DNA of 63,973 nucleotides, the filler included, from an uncultured bacterium (GTDB lineage Bacteria > Latescibacterota > UBA2968), in NCBI GenBank assembly GCA_964471275.1. It is 3 parts of 3 records of this genome, joined end to end, with 100 filler letters (N's around TTAATTAATTAA, not from the genome) between each part and the next. Parts side by side here need not be neighbours in the genome. Positions count along the whole stretch, not along the records: positions 1 to 24,379 come from CAYYGZ010000041.1; positions 24,480 to 48,416 come from CAYYGZ010000042.1; 1 more part is not named here. One strand, written 5' to 3'. The notes beneath the pieces are model-generated. The model had not been told where the DNA came from and did not search any database. It saw only the letters and a program-made list of their open reading frames with translations. Position 1 is the stretch's first letter; every line of letters begins with the position of its first letter. The translations under genes and the position numbers were made by a program. This document shows, piece after piece, positions 22,878 to 33,746 of the stretch.

Positions 22878-23020
22878 AGGGCCTGCCAGAGTAAAGAGTA
22901 GACGGAGAGCCAGGTCCCGGCCTTTGCTAGATAAGACCTGGCACGACAATTGACCCGCGAATAAGGGACGTAGGAAATTACACCATAGCGTGACGGACGA
23001 TCGAGGTCAACACCGAACCG

Positions 23021-23200
23021 TCAGGGGATGACTGATGGGATCAGATAGAGCTGGCTGTTGCCCGCTTGAGCGGAGTTGTAGAGGATGTCCTTGCCCGCAG
23101 GGCTGACAAGCGAGTGGGGATGTCTATCCTGGTGGGACATATCGAAAGGGGGGAGCGAGCGTGGCGATGTGTTCTACGGATTGCTTCTCGAGGTCGATAT
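23021..23200 (-). pseudogene. C-terminal fragment of an oligogalacturonate lyase/TolB-like beta-propeller
   Basis: My translation of 23140-23021 gives SHQDRHPHSLVSPAGKDILYNSAQAGNSQLYLI, typical of a final propeller blade; no N-terminal part present. Confidence 0.55.
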
Positions 23201-23242
23201 CGCAGTGATGGTCACAGATGCTGATTGATCCCTCGTTACCTG

Positions 23243-23500
23243 TCACTGCAATCGCATGGGGACGAAACTTCTGGCGGCGATCTCGGGTGAGAGGGTGCCG
23301 TTTGGACTGACCTGGATGGGCTGGTCCGTCAGCGTATTCACGGCTGAGAGCGTCCTGCCCTGGAGCTCGAAGGCGGCCAGATTCAGTTCGATCCTTGCCT
23401 TACGCTGCTCAGGGCTGAAGTTGCCGGCGATGATCAGCAGCCCCTGGCCCGGATGAGCGTAGAGGCTGGCCTTGATCTTCGGGTCTGCCGGGCGACAGGG
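23243..23500 (-). pseudogene. C-terminal beta-sandwich fragment of a larger (glycoside hydrolase-like) protein
   Basis: IKASLYAHPGQGLLIIAGNFS..ARIELNL is protein-like, while the upstream part of the ORF reads through REP repeats. Confidence 0.5.
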
Positions 23501-23613
23501 GCCGACCTCGCCACGCCATCGCCGCTTTGACGGAGCCCGCGGCGATTCGAGCTTACCTCGACGGCGTCGGTCTGGACTCACACCCGCCGCCCGTCGCCCC
23601 GGCCCTTCCCGAC

Positions 23614-23730
23614 CATCCTGAGTAGCGGGCGGCCTCTTGCCCGCGTATCGAAGGACCCCAGCCTCAGACGGAATCCTGCACTGAGCGAGTCCTTCGTCGG
23701 GCTCAGGATAAACTCCACGAGTCGAACGTG
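23614..23730. repeat. Cluster of REP-like elements
   Basis: CATCCTGAGTAGCGGGC...GCCCGCGTATCGAAGG and CACTGAGCG-CCTTCG..GCTCAGGATAAACTC-GAGTCGAA. Confidence 0.65.
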
Positions 23731-23961
23731 TCGAATACGCCGGCTGACAACGCACTGCGACAGCCCAGTGGGGGAGGTCCGTCTTCTTGGGTTCCGAATC
23801 GCAGCATCTCCGCTCGAAACGCTCGATTTCCTGCCTGAACGACCCGCTGATCCCGCCCGATCGACAGGTGATACCCCCGTCAACCAGGGCCCAGGTGCAC
23901 CGACAGACCGCCCCGGAACCTTGCGCACGTGCCAAACAGCCCGTTTATTCGTCCTATCCGC

Positions 23962-24379
23962 CTATTCAATCAGCCGCTTTTCCCGCCAAACCCCCGACCT
24001 GAACCGATACCACACCGCAAAGAAGTGCGTGTAGTTCATGATGATCAGTGTAGACCACGCGATATACTGATGCACGTGGAAGACCCGGGCAAGCAGGATG
24101 ACGGCGACGGCCATGACCCAGTGGATGACAACGGAGATCCACATCGACCAGGTGGTGTCACCCGCCGCACGAAGAGATCCACCGATGACGAGCTTGGCCG
24201 CGATCGCGATGGTGTGAATGGCCAGTAGACGGAGCATAGTTGCGGCCATGGGTTCAATCCGGCCGCCTGGGTCCGCGAATCCGGAGGAGAACAGGACCGT
24301 TAGCGGTTCAGCGAACCCAACAAAGACGATGACCATCGCGGCAGCATACAGCAGCGCGATACGTACGACAACGTAGGCT
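23962..24379 (-). CDS. MATE family efflux transporter, C-terminal part (cut by contig end)
   Basis: GGSLRAAGDT, FRSGVWR C-terminus. Confidence 0.85.
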
Positions 24380-24479
24380 NNNNNNNNNNNNNNNNNNNNN
24401 NNNNNNNNNNNNNNNNNNNNNNNTTAATTAATTAANNNNNNNNNNNNNNNNNNNNNNNNNNNNNNNNNNNNNNNNNNNN
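24380..24479. other. Artificial contig linker (N run plus TTAATTAATTAA)
   Basis: All-frame stop linker embedded in Ns. Confidence 0.97.
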
Positions 24480-25554
24480 GACTTACCTTGTCGGACCGAA
24501 CGTGTGACGTCGGGTTGAACACGACGATGGGCACGATCCCCTCGGGTCCACTGCCTGCATCAGCGGATAGCGCCAATCCGTATTCGGCACCGTACTGGAG
24601 CCGACGTGCCCGAATCAGGATCTCGCTGCACGAATCGCTCAGCTCTTCCCGCTTGACCCGATCCCCCGAGCCGGTATAGTGACCGGACAGATCTTCGAGA
24701 TGCTGTTTCCACAGCGAGACAAGATCATCGGTTCGAGCGGGTGGTCCTCCCAGAAGCGTTGCCATTGCCAGTATGCGTTCAGTTCGCAGAAGCGTGTTGC
24801 TGACCTCTGCCAGGCAGACGTGGACACCCGGAAGCGTAGCCTCCAGGTGGCTCGCCACTCGTGCCCCTCGCTCCTCCGCTGAACCGACGATCTCATCACT
24901 TTGATCCCAAATCACGAACGACATATCGGCTCCCGCATCGGAAGCCCGCTCCTCAAGGTCGGACAACAGTTGATCTGACGGACACCAAGACTCTTCCCCC
25001 AAAGGTACGTCGCCGCGAATTTCCCCTAGTTCTCGCTCAGCGTCCCGGGCAATGGCCGGATCAGATGAAGCAAAGCGGAGCCCCAGGTCTCCGTGAACAG
25101 ACAGGATTTCGGGACACGCTTGTTCACGTGTTCCAATCGCACCGGGGAGCACAACCCGGTCAACGCCCGCTGCCGGCAGGAAGCGATACAGGTCTTCGAG
25201 ATTCTCAGAATGCCACACGATTGTCCGAGAGTCGAATCCGAGAGCAGTGAGTGAATCTCGGCCACACTCCAGGTCTCGGAAAAGGCATTCTGTGTGTGGG
25301 ATCCAGTCCGATCCAGCCCACAGACTGCCCACAGAGAGTTTGCCCTGGTCCAGCAACGCGCCGATTCGCTCCCGCAGACCGGATCGCCTCGCCACTTGAT
25401 CAAGAGCCCACACGGTATCGATGGAGAAGCGGAACCCGGCGTTGTCTTCACACAACCGAACCACTTTTTCGATGATCTCGGTAGCCCGGGACAGACACGA
25501 GTGTGCGCTGCCGATGCCGCGCGGCTTGAGGAGTGAATAGGGAAGGAATCGCAT
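24480..25554 (-). CDS. Divergent GH38 alpha-mannosidase-like protein, N-terminal part (cut by contig end)
   Basis: FRFSID...LLDQGKLSVG and IVVFNPTSHVRSD resemble GH38; HSHxD metal motif absent. Confidence 0.55.
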
Positions 25555-25698
25555 ACAGGAATGACACCTGGCCGGGACGCTAAGTATAGAACTGTGAGGG
25601 GGTTATGATACCACGATGGAATCGGAGTGTAAAGATGCAAAACAAGAATGGCATCGAGCTACCCCAATGCCATTCTGCCAACGATACAGTCGTTACTA

Positions 25699-27017
25699 CT
25701 AAGAGTGGTTGAAGTCCTGAATCACCAGTCCGGTAAAGACTTTTGGATAGAAGAACGTCGATTTAGGCGGCATACGCTCCCCAGCGAGAACCACATCTCG
25801 CAACTGTTGCATACCGACAGGATTGAGATAAAACCCAATATTCTGCGGGGAGTCACTGACTGCCTGACGGACCTCAGCCTCAACTTTGATGAATCGAATC
25901 TTCTCTCCCTTGATGAGCGTCTCCGTGTCGAGATTAAGTATCTCGCCGAGTATGAGCTGCAGAAGCCCCGAGTCAAGCATCCGCCACGCTTCAGAGTGGC
26001 CCGCCTTGTCGAGACTGGCAATATCTACATCTCCCCGCAGCCTGAGGATCGTCACCGAGTCAGGGGTCCCCAGCAAAGCACCAAAACATGGCCGCCCGGC
26101 TTCGGCTCGCGACGCAACCATACGGATCAGAGTATCCACGTCGCTGAACGGAATCTCTTCCACCTCGAAGTAGTCAGTCAGCCCTTCTCGTAATCTCGCC
26201 AGATCCTCTGATGATACGTCCGTGACCACACGGTGGATCGGGTTGATGGCCATTCCTTCCGAATCATCCATATTGACGAGTGTCTGCATCCGATAGCAGA
26301 CACCGTCTCCGGACTCACCGGCATCGGCCAGACGCTCATCACGATAGTTCACGGCGGTCTCGTATCGGTGATGCCCATCCGCGATGAAGAGTTCGCACGT
26401 TCCCAGGAACTCACAAACTCGCTCTACCGTCTTGGGGTCGTCGACACGCCAGAAAGAGTGATTCNNNNNNNNNNCGCGAAGAGCGGATCGGACTGGACGT
26501 GCGGTTCCAGAAGTGATCGAACGTGGAAGTTCGGATCGCTGAAGAGCGAAAAGATCTGACCAAACGCAGCCTCCGTTTGCCGAATCAGTTCGAGCCGGTC
26601 CTTCTTCGGCCCAGGCATCGTGTGCTCGTGCGGGTATATCCCACCTTCACCCAGTCGATGGATCTCGACAAGACCGACCAATCCCTGTCGGGATTTTCGC
26701 TTGATTCCGTTAGAGGTCGGCACGTCAAATGTCTGCATATAGACATACAAGGAGGGCGTTTCGTCGACCTGGAGGATCCCGTTCGCGAGCCACTCTTTGT
26801 AACTGGCTCTTGCACGTGTGTAGACATTCTCCGTGTTGCCGTCTCTTGATGCCGTCTTGCCCTGAATGACACGGACGATGTTGTTTTCGTGCCTATCATA
26901 CAGCTTGTCCTGCAGCGCATCATCGATCACATCATAGGGAGGCGAGACGACCTGCCCCCCGTCGTTCACAAGATCCAGATTGTATCGCACGCCTTTAAAT
27001 GCTCTGACCTCTGCCAT
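25699..27017 (-). CDS. DUF1015 family protein (spans an N gap at about 26465-26474)
   Basis: MAEVRAFKGVRY, SPPYDVI, PHEHT, IADGHHRYETA, MPPKSTFFYPK. Confidence 0.9.
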
Positions 27018-27054
27018 CCCCTGCTCCTCGCGATTTCGTCAAATCTCCAGCCCA

Positions 27055-30000
27055 TCATGGGCGACACGAATAGCCCAGGTTCGGACCCAACCAATGCTCG
27101 ACATCCTGGACAGGTACAGCCTTACGCTCTGCATAGTCCGTTATTTGGTCCAGACCAACCTTGCCAATCGAAAAATACTGAGCATCCGGATGGGCAAAAT
27201 ACAGTCCGCTGACGGACGATGACGGCAACATGGCAAAACTGTCTGTCAAGCTGACGCCGATTCGTTCGTGCACATCGAGAAGGTTGAACAGCTTGCGTTT
27301 TTCCGTGTGATCCGGGCAGGCTGGGTAACCTGGTGCCGGCCGGATTCCTCGGTATCGCCCTCGGATCAGTTCTTCCTTGGACAGCGACTCATTCAGGCCA
27401 TATTGCCAATCCCGCCTGACACGTTCGTGTAGATATTCGGCAAAGGCCTCCGCAAGCCGGTCCGCCAGCGCCTGGATCATGATTGCTGAGTAATCATCAT
27501 TTGCTTTCCGGTAGGCTTCAACCCGCTCCTCTACGCCGTGCCCGGTCGTGACACAGAAAGCACCGATATGATCCGCAACGCTGGCGTCGATCGGCGCCAC
27601 GTAGTCAGCCAACGAGAGGTAGGGTCCACCCGACCGTTTCGCCTGCTGCTGACGCAGATTGTGGAAACGCATCAACTCGCACGATCGCTCGTCGTCAGTC
27701 CACACGACAATGTCATCTCCGTCGCTGTTTGCCGGATAGAAACCGTAAACACCCTGCGCGGCTGCCCATCCTCCGCCAACCATGTCCTCGAGTATCTGCT
27801 GCGCTTCATCGAACAGCTTCCGCGCCTCGGCACCTTGTACCGGATCATCCAGAAGCTTCGGATAGCTGCCCCGTATCTCCCACGTGTGAAAGAACGGTCC
27901 CCAATCGATGTAGGGTACCAATTCACGCGTGTCAAAGTTGTCCAGTAATCGGTGTCCGGTAAAGTCAGGCTGTGGTACCGACTCCTCCGTAAACGCCACG
28001 ACGTGACGCGAATGCCTTGCCTCCTCGACCGGGATCACAGGGCGGCGGGCATCTCCTGATTCAAATTCGGCCAGGGACCGTACCTGAGCTTCTCGGTTAT
28101 CGGTAACGAGGCGATCTCGCCCGTCTTCACTCAACAGCGTCGTTACAATCCCGGCAGCAAGAGAGGCGTCTTTCACATGGAACGTCGGCCCACCGTATTC
28201 GGGAGCAACTTTCACAGCTGTATGCTTGCGGCTCGTGGTTGCTCCGCCGATCAGAAGAGGGCGATCGAAATCAAGCCTCTGCATTTCCTTCGCTACGTGC
28301 ACCATCTCATTGAGCGAAGGCGTGATCAGACCGCTCAGACCGATCACATCGACATCCTGCTCACGAGCCGTCCTCAGGATATCCTCCGAGGAGACCATCA
28401 CACCCAGATCTACGACCTCGTAGTTATTGCAGCCGAGCACGACCCCCACGATGTTCTTCCCGATGTCGTGAACATCCCCCTTTACCGTGGCCATCAGCAC
28501 TTTTCCGCGCGTCGTCACACCGCCCTGCTCCGACGAATCTTGTCCCATCAACGGCTGAAGATGTGCGACTGCCTGCTTCATCACTCGCGCAGTCTTAACG
28601 ACTTGCGGGAGGAACATCTTCCCTTCGCCAAAGAGTCGCCCGACGACGTTCATGCCATCCATCAAAGGACCTTCAATCAGCCCAAGCGGTGTGTATGCCA
28701 GAAGGGCGTGTCTCAGATCCTCCTGCAGATAATCGGCTTTGCCGTGCAGCAGGGCGTAGCCAAGCCGCTCCTCAACCTCACCGTCTCGCCAGACGAGATC
28801 CTCCTCCCGTCGCTTGCCTTCAGATTGCACGGATTCCGCGAACTCGACAAGCCGCTCCGTGGCATCCTCGCGCCGGTTGAAGAGCATATCTTCGACTCGC
28901 TCAAGCAGATCGTCCGGGATGTCCTCGTAAACCATGAGCTGACCCGCATTGACAATGCCCATGTCCATGCCGGCGTTGATCGCGTGGTAAAGGAAGGCTG
29001 CGTGAATCGCTTCACGCACGTAGTCGTTCCCGCGGAACGAGAAAGAGACGTTGCTCACTCCGCCGCTCACCTTGGCGTGTGGGAGCCGTTCCTTGATCAG
29101 CCGTGTCGCTTCGATAAAGTTGAGCGCGTAGTCGTTGTGTTCATCCATACCGGTCGCCACGGTCAGGATGTTCGGATCAAAGATGATGTCAGACGGATCC
29201 ATTCCGATCTCCTCGGTCAAGATCCGGTAGGCCCGTTCGCAGACAGCCACACGTCCCTCGATCGAAGTTGCCTGACCGGTTTCATCGAACGCCATCACCA
29301 CGACTGCCGCACCATAGCGCCGGACGGTCCTCGCATAATCCCTGAAGACGTCCTCCCCTTCCTTCAAGCTGATCGAGTTGACGATCGCCTTCCCCTGCAC
29401 ACACTTGAGACCCTCCTCGATTACGCTGAAATCGGAGCTGTCGATCATGATCGGGACCCTGGCGATCTCAGGTTCCGTGGCGATCAGGTTCAGAAAACGC
29501 GCCATCACCGCGGGAGAATCGAGCAGCCCATCATCGACATTGATGTCAATGATGTTGGCTCCCCCCTCGACCTGCTGTCTCGCAACATCAAGCGCCTTGT
29601 CGTAGGCTCCGTTCTTGATGAGGCGAGCGAAACGTCGTGATCCCGTTACATTCGTACGCTCACCGACCATGATGAAGTTGGTGTCCTCAGAGACGGCCAG
29701 CGGCTCCAGCCCACTGTATCGGCTCATAACCGGCACTGGCACCGGCTTCCGGGGCTCTCGCGTCGCCGCCGTCTCAGCGATGGCTCTGATATGGTCGGGG
29801 GTAGATCCGCAACACCCGCCGATCAGGTTCAGCCATCCTTCCTTGGCGAAGGAATCGAGGATTGCGGCCATATTCTCGGGAGTGTCATCATATTCCCCGA
29901 ACTCGTTCGGGAGACCGGCGTTGGGATAGCAGCTCACATACAGCGGAGTATGTCGCGCCAGGTCGTTGACATAGGCGCGCATGTCAGATGCACCAAGCGA

Positions 30001-30741
30001 GCAGTTGATCCCAATGCTCAGCAGATCCGTATGCGAAACCGACTGCCAGAAGGCTTCGATCGTCTGCCCCGAGAGCGTCCGTCCGCTGAGATCGGTGATC
30101 GTCAGGGATACCATGAGAGGAAGTCGAACGCCGTGGTCCTGGAAATACTGTTCGACGGCAAACAAACCGGCCTTCAGGGTCAGCGTATCGAAGACGGTCT
30201 CGCAGAGAAGGATATCGACCCCGCCATCCATAAGGCCCCGGATCTGCTCAGAATAGGCGGCAACGACTTCATCAAACGTCATCGTACGGAATGAAGGGTC
30301 GTCCACGTCCGGCGAAAGCGACAATGTGCTGTTGGTGGGCCCAATGGCACCTGCCACAAAGCGAGGCTTGTCCGGTGTCTTGACGGCATATTCATCAGCC
30401 GTCTTTCGTGCGAGACGTGCGGCGGCAAGATTGATGTCGTAAACGTGATCTTCCAGCGCGTAGTCTGCAAGGCTGATGGAGGTGGCCGTGAAGGTATTCG
30501 TCTCGATCACGTCTGCACCCGCATCGAGGAATCGGTGATGAACCTCGGTGACGACATCGGGAAGCGTCAACGACAGGAGATCATTACACCCCCGTAAATC
30601 GCTGCCGTGGTCGGCAAAGTCCTGGCCGCGGTAGTCTGCTTCGCTCAGTTCGTAGCCCTGAAGCATCACACCCATGGCACCATCCATCACCATGATCCGC
30701 TCGTCCAGGATAGACCTTATCTTCTGCTCCGCCTCTGTCAT
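27055..30741 (-). CDS. metH: Cobalamin-dependent methionine synthase
   Basis: [28 protein letters not shown] (B12 binding), [19 protein letters not shown]. Confidence 0.98.
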   Translation of the reverse strand: MTEAEQKIRSILDERIMVMDGAMGVMLQGYELSEADYRGQDFADHGSDLRGCNDLLSLTLPDVVTEVHHRFLDAGADVIETNTFTATSISLADYALEDHVYDINLAAARLARKTADEYAVKTPDKPRFVAGAIGPTNSTLSLSPDVDDPSFRTMTFDEVVAAYSEQIRGLMDGGVDILLCETVFDTLTLKAGLFAVEQYFQDHGVRLPLMVSLTITDLSGRTLSGQTIEAFWQSVSHTDLLSIGINCSLGASDMRAYVNDLARHTPLYVSCYPNAGLPNEFGEYDDTPENMAAILDSFAKEGWLNLIGGCCGSTPDHIRAIAETAATREPRKPVPVPVMSRYSGLEPLAVSEDTNFIMVGERTNVTGSRRFARLIKNGAYDKALDVARQQVEGGANIIDINVDDGLLDSPAVMARFLNLIATEPEIARVPIMIDSSDFSVIEEGLKCVQGKAIVNSISLKEGEDVFRDYARTVRRYGAAVVVMAFDETGQATSIEGRVAVCERAYRILTEEIGMDPSDIIFDPNILTVATGMDEHNDYALNFIEATRLIKERLPHAKVSGGVSNVSFSFRGNDYVREAIHAAFLYHAINAGMDMGIVNAGQLMVYEDIPDDLLERVEDMLFNRREDATERLVEFAESVQSEGKRREEDLVWRDGEVEERLGYALLHGKADYLQEDLRHALLAYTPLGLIEGPLMDGMNVVGRLFGEGKMFLPQVVKTARVMKQAVAHLQPLMGQDSSEQGGVTTRGKVLMATVKGDVHDIGKNIVGVVLGCNNYEVVDLGVMVSSEDILRTAREQDVDVIGLSGLITPSLNEMVHVAKEMQRLDFDRPLLIGGATTSRKHTAVKVAPEYGGPTFHVKDASLAAGIVTTLLSEDGRDRLVTDNREAQVRSLAEFESGDARRPVIPVEEARHSRHVVAFTEESVPQPDFTGHRLLDNFDTRELVPYIDWGPFFHTWEIRGSYPKLLDDPVQGAEARKLFDEAQQILEDMVGGGWAAAQGVYGFYPANSDGDDIVVWTDDERSCELMRFHNLRQQQAKRSGGPYLSLADYVAPIDASVADHIGAFCVTTGHGVEERVEAYRKANDDYSAIMIQALADRLAEAFAEYLHERVRRDWQYGLNESLSKEELIRGRYRGIRPAPGYPACPDHTEKRKLFNLLDVHERIGVSLTDSFAMLPSSSVSGLYFAHPDAQYFSIGKVGLDQITDYAERKAVPVQDVEHWLGPNLGYSCRP

Positions 30742-30781
30742 CTAGCTCGTCTCAAGATACGTAGACCGTTCGGCCGTCCGG

Positions 30782-30819
30782 AAAATAGAAACGCCTGGAC
30801 ACGCAAGTGGTGCCCAGAC
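30782..30819 (-). terminator. Riboswitch expression-platform terminator
   Basis: Minus strand GTCTGGGCAC-CACTTGC-GTGTCCAGGC-GTTTCTATTTT; its 5' arm is the 3' end of the aptamer. Confidence 0.75.
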
Positions 30820-30903
30820 GGTCGACAAATCTCTATACCCGATACTCCCTCGTGGTTGAGGCTCCACGAATGGTTACCCACACATCCGCCAGTCGTATCG
30901 GGG
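30810..30903 (-). promoter_or_regulatory. ZMP/ZTP riboswitch (pfl motif)
   Basis: Minus strand CCCGATAC-GACTGGCGGA...GTGG..ACCAC..GGGAG-TATCGGG, linker, then GTCGACCGTCTGGGCA; matches the pfl consensus as I recall it. Confidence 0.85.
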
Positions 30904-30923
30904 CTTCTCTTCGCGCTGCAGCT

Positions 30924-32267
30924 CTAGCCTGCCGCCTCCTTGCGTTTCTTCGCGTCCACACGCTTCTGAAACTGCTTCCGCATGTCCTCGTCGACCCGCT
31001 GGCCCTTCGTCTCGGATTGACGCTGAGCAACAGATGCCTGTACCGAGGCGATCTTGTTTTTCTCTTCGTCTGGTCGCGAATCATCCTTGATCCGCTGACC
31101 GATCGCCACCATCAGCTTCCGGTAGGTGTTATGATCTTCGGCGTTCGGATGAAGCGTAAAGGGAGGCATAAACTTCAGCCCGAGGGACTTGTTGCGTTTC
31201 CGTGGATCCGTCTCCTGAACCAGATCTCTAGGGAAGATCTGGAACGCAACCCGCTCTTTGGGGGGCTCCGCTTCCTGTATGTTCCCGAGGGTCAGCGGCA
31301 ACCAGACCTCCACCTCTTTACCTGCCTTCTGAGCAAACGTCCGCATCAGAAGCTCTTTGATCTCGTCCGCGACTTCGAACTTGAGGATGAAACCGATGCA
31401 GGAGTTCAGGGGCATCAGGTTGTCATTCGCCTTCTTGAACATAGAAGGCATCAGCTTGTCGTGCTCTATGCCGGACAGAAGTGAACCAGGCGTAAAGAGT
31501 GAGATGTTGTCCACACCCAGATCGATCAGTTTGACATTCGTGATCGTCTTGAGTTGCTCTTTCTTCTCCATCTCCTCCAGGTGCTTGTGGATATCGTCCT
31601 GAATACCCTCCAAGTAATCGGCAACCTTCTTTGCCCACATCCCGCCCCCTGTGATGCAATAGAGAACCGGCTTGAAGATGTAGGGATCGAACTGATCGGA
31701 GGTGAAGGCCTCCGGTGCGTTCGGGAAACACGTGATCTTGTCGACACGAACCTGAAGAACCTCCTCGCCCTGTTTGAGGGCGCCTTCACCCAGCTTCTTC
31801 TCCGTCGTGTCGCGCGAACCTATCCAGGGCTTCCCGGTCTGGGCATTCGAGATGAAGATCGCTTCCTGGAGGAACGTGCAAGCAGCTGTGAAAAAGATCG
31901 TGTTACCGCCGGCCTGGGCCAGGGGTAACTCGTAGGAGACTTCGATCTTCTCACCCAACTCCAGGGGGTTATCAGCAGGGATGAAGTTTCCGCCGGGAAG
32001 CGCCTTAGGTCGACCAACAACGAGGGCCGGTCGGGGTCCCGCTTTGAAATTCAGTAATTGGTAGTTGAAGATGGTCGCGGTACCGCGACCACTGACGAGG
32101 GACGCCGCCTTGAGCTTGAGACGGGCGACGTTGCTCTGAACCTGCTGCTCCTTCAGACCTTTGAGCAACGCGTTGAGCGCCTCGGCCTTGGAGAATACCT
32201 GCACGCGCGAAAAATTTATGCCTGCAGCCTTTTTCGGAGCCTTTTTCTTCCCGCCGAAAAGTGCCAT
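30924..32267 (-). CDS. Hypothetical protein (447 aa), possibly distant YcgR/PilZ-like
   Basis: Long ORF with GAGGA RBS and its own sigma70-like promoter; family uncertain. Confidence 0.8.
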   Translation of the reverse strand: MALFGGKKKAPKKAAGINFSRVQVFSKAEALNALLKGLKEQQVQSNVARLKLKAASLVSGRGTATIFNYQLLNFKAGPRPALVVGRPKALPGGNFIPADNPLELGEKIEVSYELPLAQAGGNTIFFTAACTFLQEAIFISNAQTGKPWIGSRDTTEKKLGEGALKQGEEVLQVRVDKITCFPNAPEAFTSDQFDPYIFKPVLYCITGGGMWAKKVADYLEGIQDDIHKHLEEMEKKEQLKTITNVKLIDLGVDNISLFTPGSLLSGIEHDKLMPSMFKKANDNLMPLNSCIGFILKFEVADEIKELLMRTFAQKAGKEVEVWLPLTLGNIQEAEPPKERVAFQIFPRDLVQETDPRKRNKSLGLKFMPPFTLHPNAEDHNTYRKLMVAIGQRIKDDSRPDEEKNKIASVQASVAQRQSETKGQRVDEDMRKQFQKRVDAKKRKEAAG

Positions 32268-32326
32268 GTTTCCAGTTCCTCGTGAGTTCGTGAGGGCTCA
32301 AAAGCCCTTTCCTACTGGATTTCAAG

Positions 32327-32355
32327 AAATTAAAGAGGCCCGAGTAGAGTGTCAA
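32327..32355 (-). promoter_or_regulatory. Sigma70-type promoter
   Basis: TTGACA-N17-TAATTT on the minus strand. Confidence 0.55.
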
Positions 32356-33683
32356 GTGAAATGGCCCGAATGCCCGGGCAGCCAGCCACCCTTTAAGAAC
32401 CGTATTCCCAGGATGCCAAAGCGGGACAGCATCAGCCCGTTGTAGGCCAGCCAGACGCCAGCAAGTCCGAATGCGTAGATCTGTGTCAGCCCCCAAACAA
32501 CCGGCAGGTAGATCAGGAATGCCCCTGCTGCCATTGCCCAGAACAGAAAGCGCGTGTCGTTTGCCCCGATCAGAATCCCGTCGAGGATGTAGACAGCCCC
32601 ACTAACCGGTTGCACGACGGAGAGAAGGAGCCCTAGACAGGCGACTTGGGTCACAACGGTGTCATGATCCGTGAACACACCGGCAATGGCCTCTACTCCG
32701 ATTCCATAACCCAGACCAAATAACACCCCGATGCCCGTACCCCATAACATGCATCGGCGGCCGAAGGCGATTGCTTGACTGTCATCACGTGCACCAATCG
32801 CGTTGCCAACCAGTGTTTCTGCTGCGTGCGCGAAGCCATCGACGAAATAACTGACAACCGACCAGATCTGCCAGGCCACCGCGTGCGCAGCCAGAGGCAC
32901 CTCACCCATCCGGGAAACGATCGACATACCGAGAAACTGTGTGAACAGAAGGCAGGCTGTCCGGCCGAACAGATTGACATTCGTGGACAGGATCGCTCTC
33001 GCACGGTGGAAGTCGAGCCGCCAGCGTTCGCCGACCACCAGGCTGTGACGCCTCACGAGAAGAACACAGGAAAGGACCAATCCGCACGCGATCGCCGCGA
33101 CCGACGCCCAGGCTGCCCCGACCACGCCCAATTCTGGCGCCCCCCACTCTCCATATATCAACGCATAGTCGAGAAGAACGTTCACCAGATTGACGAGGAC
33201 AGCTACCCAAAGAGGCGAAATCGCGTCGCCGCACCCTCGGAAGAACCCGGTGAGCACAAACATCACCAGGACCAGAGGGGCACCGAGGATCCGAACGTGG
33301 AGATACTGTTTCCCCCATCCGGCCACGTCGTCCGTCGGCCCTGCCAAACCAAAGCCGATTTCCCCGATCGGCGTCCTCAGAAAAACCAGAACGAGCCCCA
33401 TCACTGCCGCCAGCAGAACAGACTGTGCCAGCACGCTCTTACATCCGCTGAGATCGCGTGCCCCGTATGCCTGAGCGACCAGTGCCGTCGTTCCCATCCT
33501 GAAGAAGCCGAGCCCCCAGAAGATGACGTCGAAGACGACGGCACCCAGAGAGACCGCACCAAGCATTGCAACCTGATCGAGATGGCCGACCAGAATCGTG
33601 TCTGCGAAACCGATAATGGGGACACTGAGGGAGGCAGCAACGCTCGGGATCGCCAATCGGAGTATGGGTCGGTTTGGGTTCAT
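32352..33683 (-). CDS. MATE family efflux transporter (DinF-like)
   Basis: ILRLAIP, FFRMGTT, GFFRGCGD, DGFAHAAE, DGILIGA. Confidence 0.92.
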   Translation of the reverse strand: MNPNRPILRLAIPSVAASLSVPIIGFADTILVGHLDQVAMLGAVSLGAVVFDVIFWGLGFFRMGTTALVAQAYGARDLSGCKSVLAQSVLLAAVMGLVLVFLRTPIGEIGFGLAGPTDDVAGWGKQYLHVRILGAPLVLVMFVLTGFFRGCGDAISPLWVAVLVNLVNVLLDYALIYGEWGAPELGVVGAAWASVAAIACGLVLSCVLLVRRHSLVVGERWRLDFHRARAILSTNVNLFGRTACLLFTQFLGMSIVSRMGEVPLAAHAVAWQIWSVVSYFVDGFAHAAETLVGNAIGARDDSQAIAFGRRCMLWGTGIGVLFGLGYGIGVEAIAGVFTDHDTVVTQVACLGLLLSVVQPVSGAVYILDGILIGANDTRFLFWAMAAGAFLIYLPVVWGLTQIYAFGLAGVWLAYNGLMLSRFGILGIRFLKGGWLPGHSGHFT

Positions 33684-33746
33684 TCGGGGCACAAAAAAAG
33701 CAGGCAACCCACGCGCTGCCTGCGTATCCAAATCTGTCAGAAACGG

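Noticed and set aside
24424..24435. TTAATTAATTAA palindrome (also at 48461-48472)
   Set aside because: It is embedded in N runs and is a synthetic all-frame stop linker, not biology.
26465..26474. Apparent frameshift in DUF1015, and uncertain frames in bamD and the mutarotase
   Set aside because: These coincide with N gaps of arbitrary length, so they are assembly artefacts.
28177..29640. 487-aa + strand ORF, and similar long antisense ORFs at 9369, 15832, 32775 and 53550
   Set aside because: These are shadows of well-supported genes on the opposite strand, typical of GC-rich codon usage, and show no motifs.
30745..30920. SAM-I or cobalamin riboswitch before metH
   Set aside because: Their core motifs are absent and the sequence fits the ZTP/pfl consensus instead.
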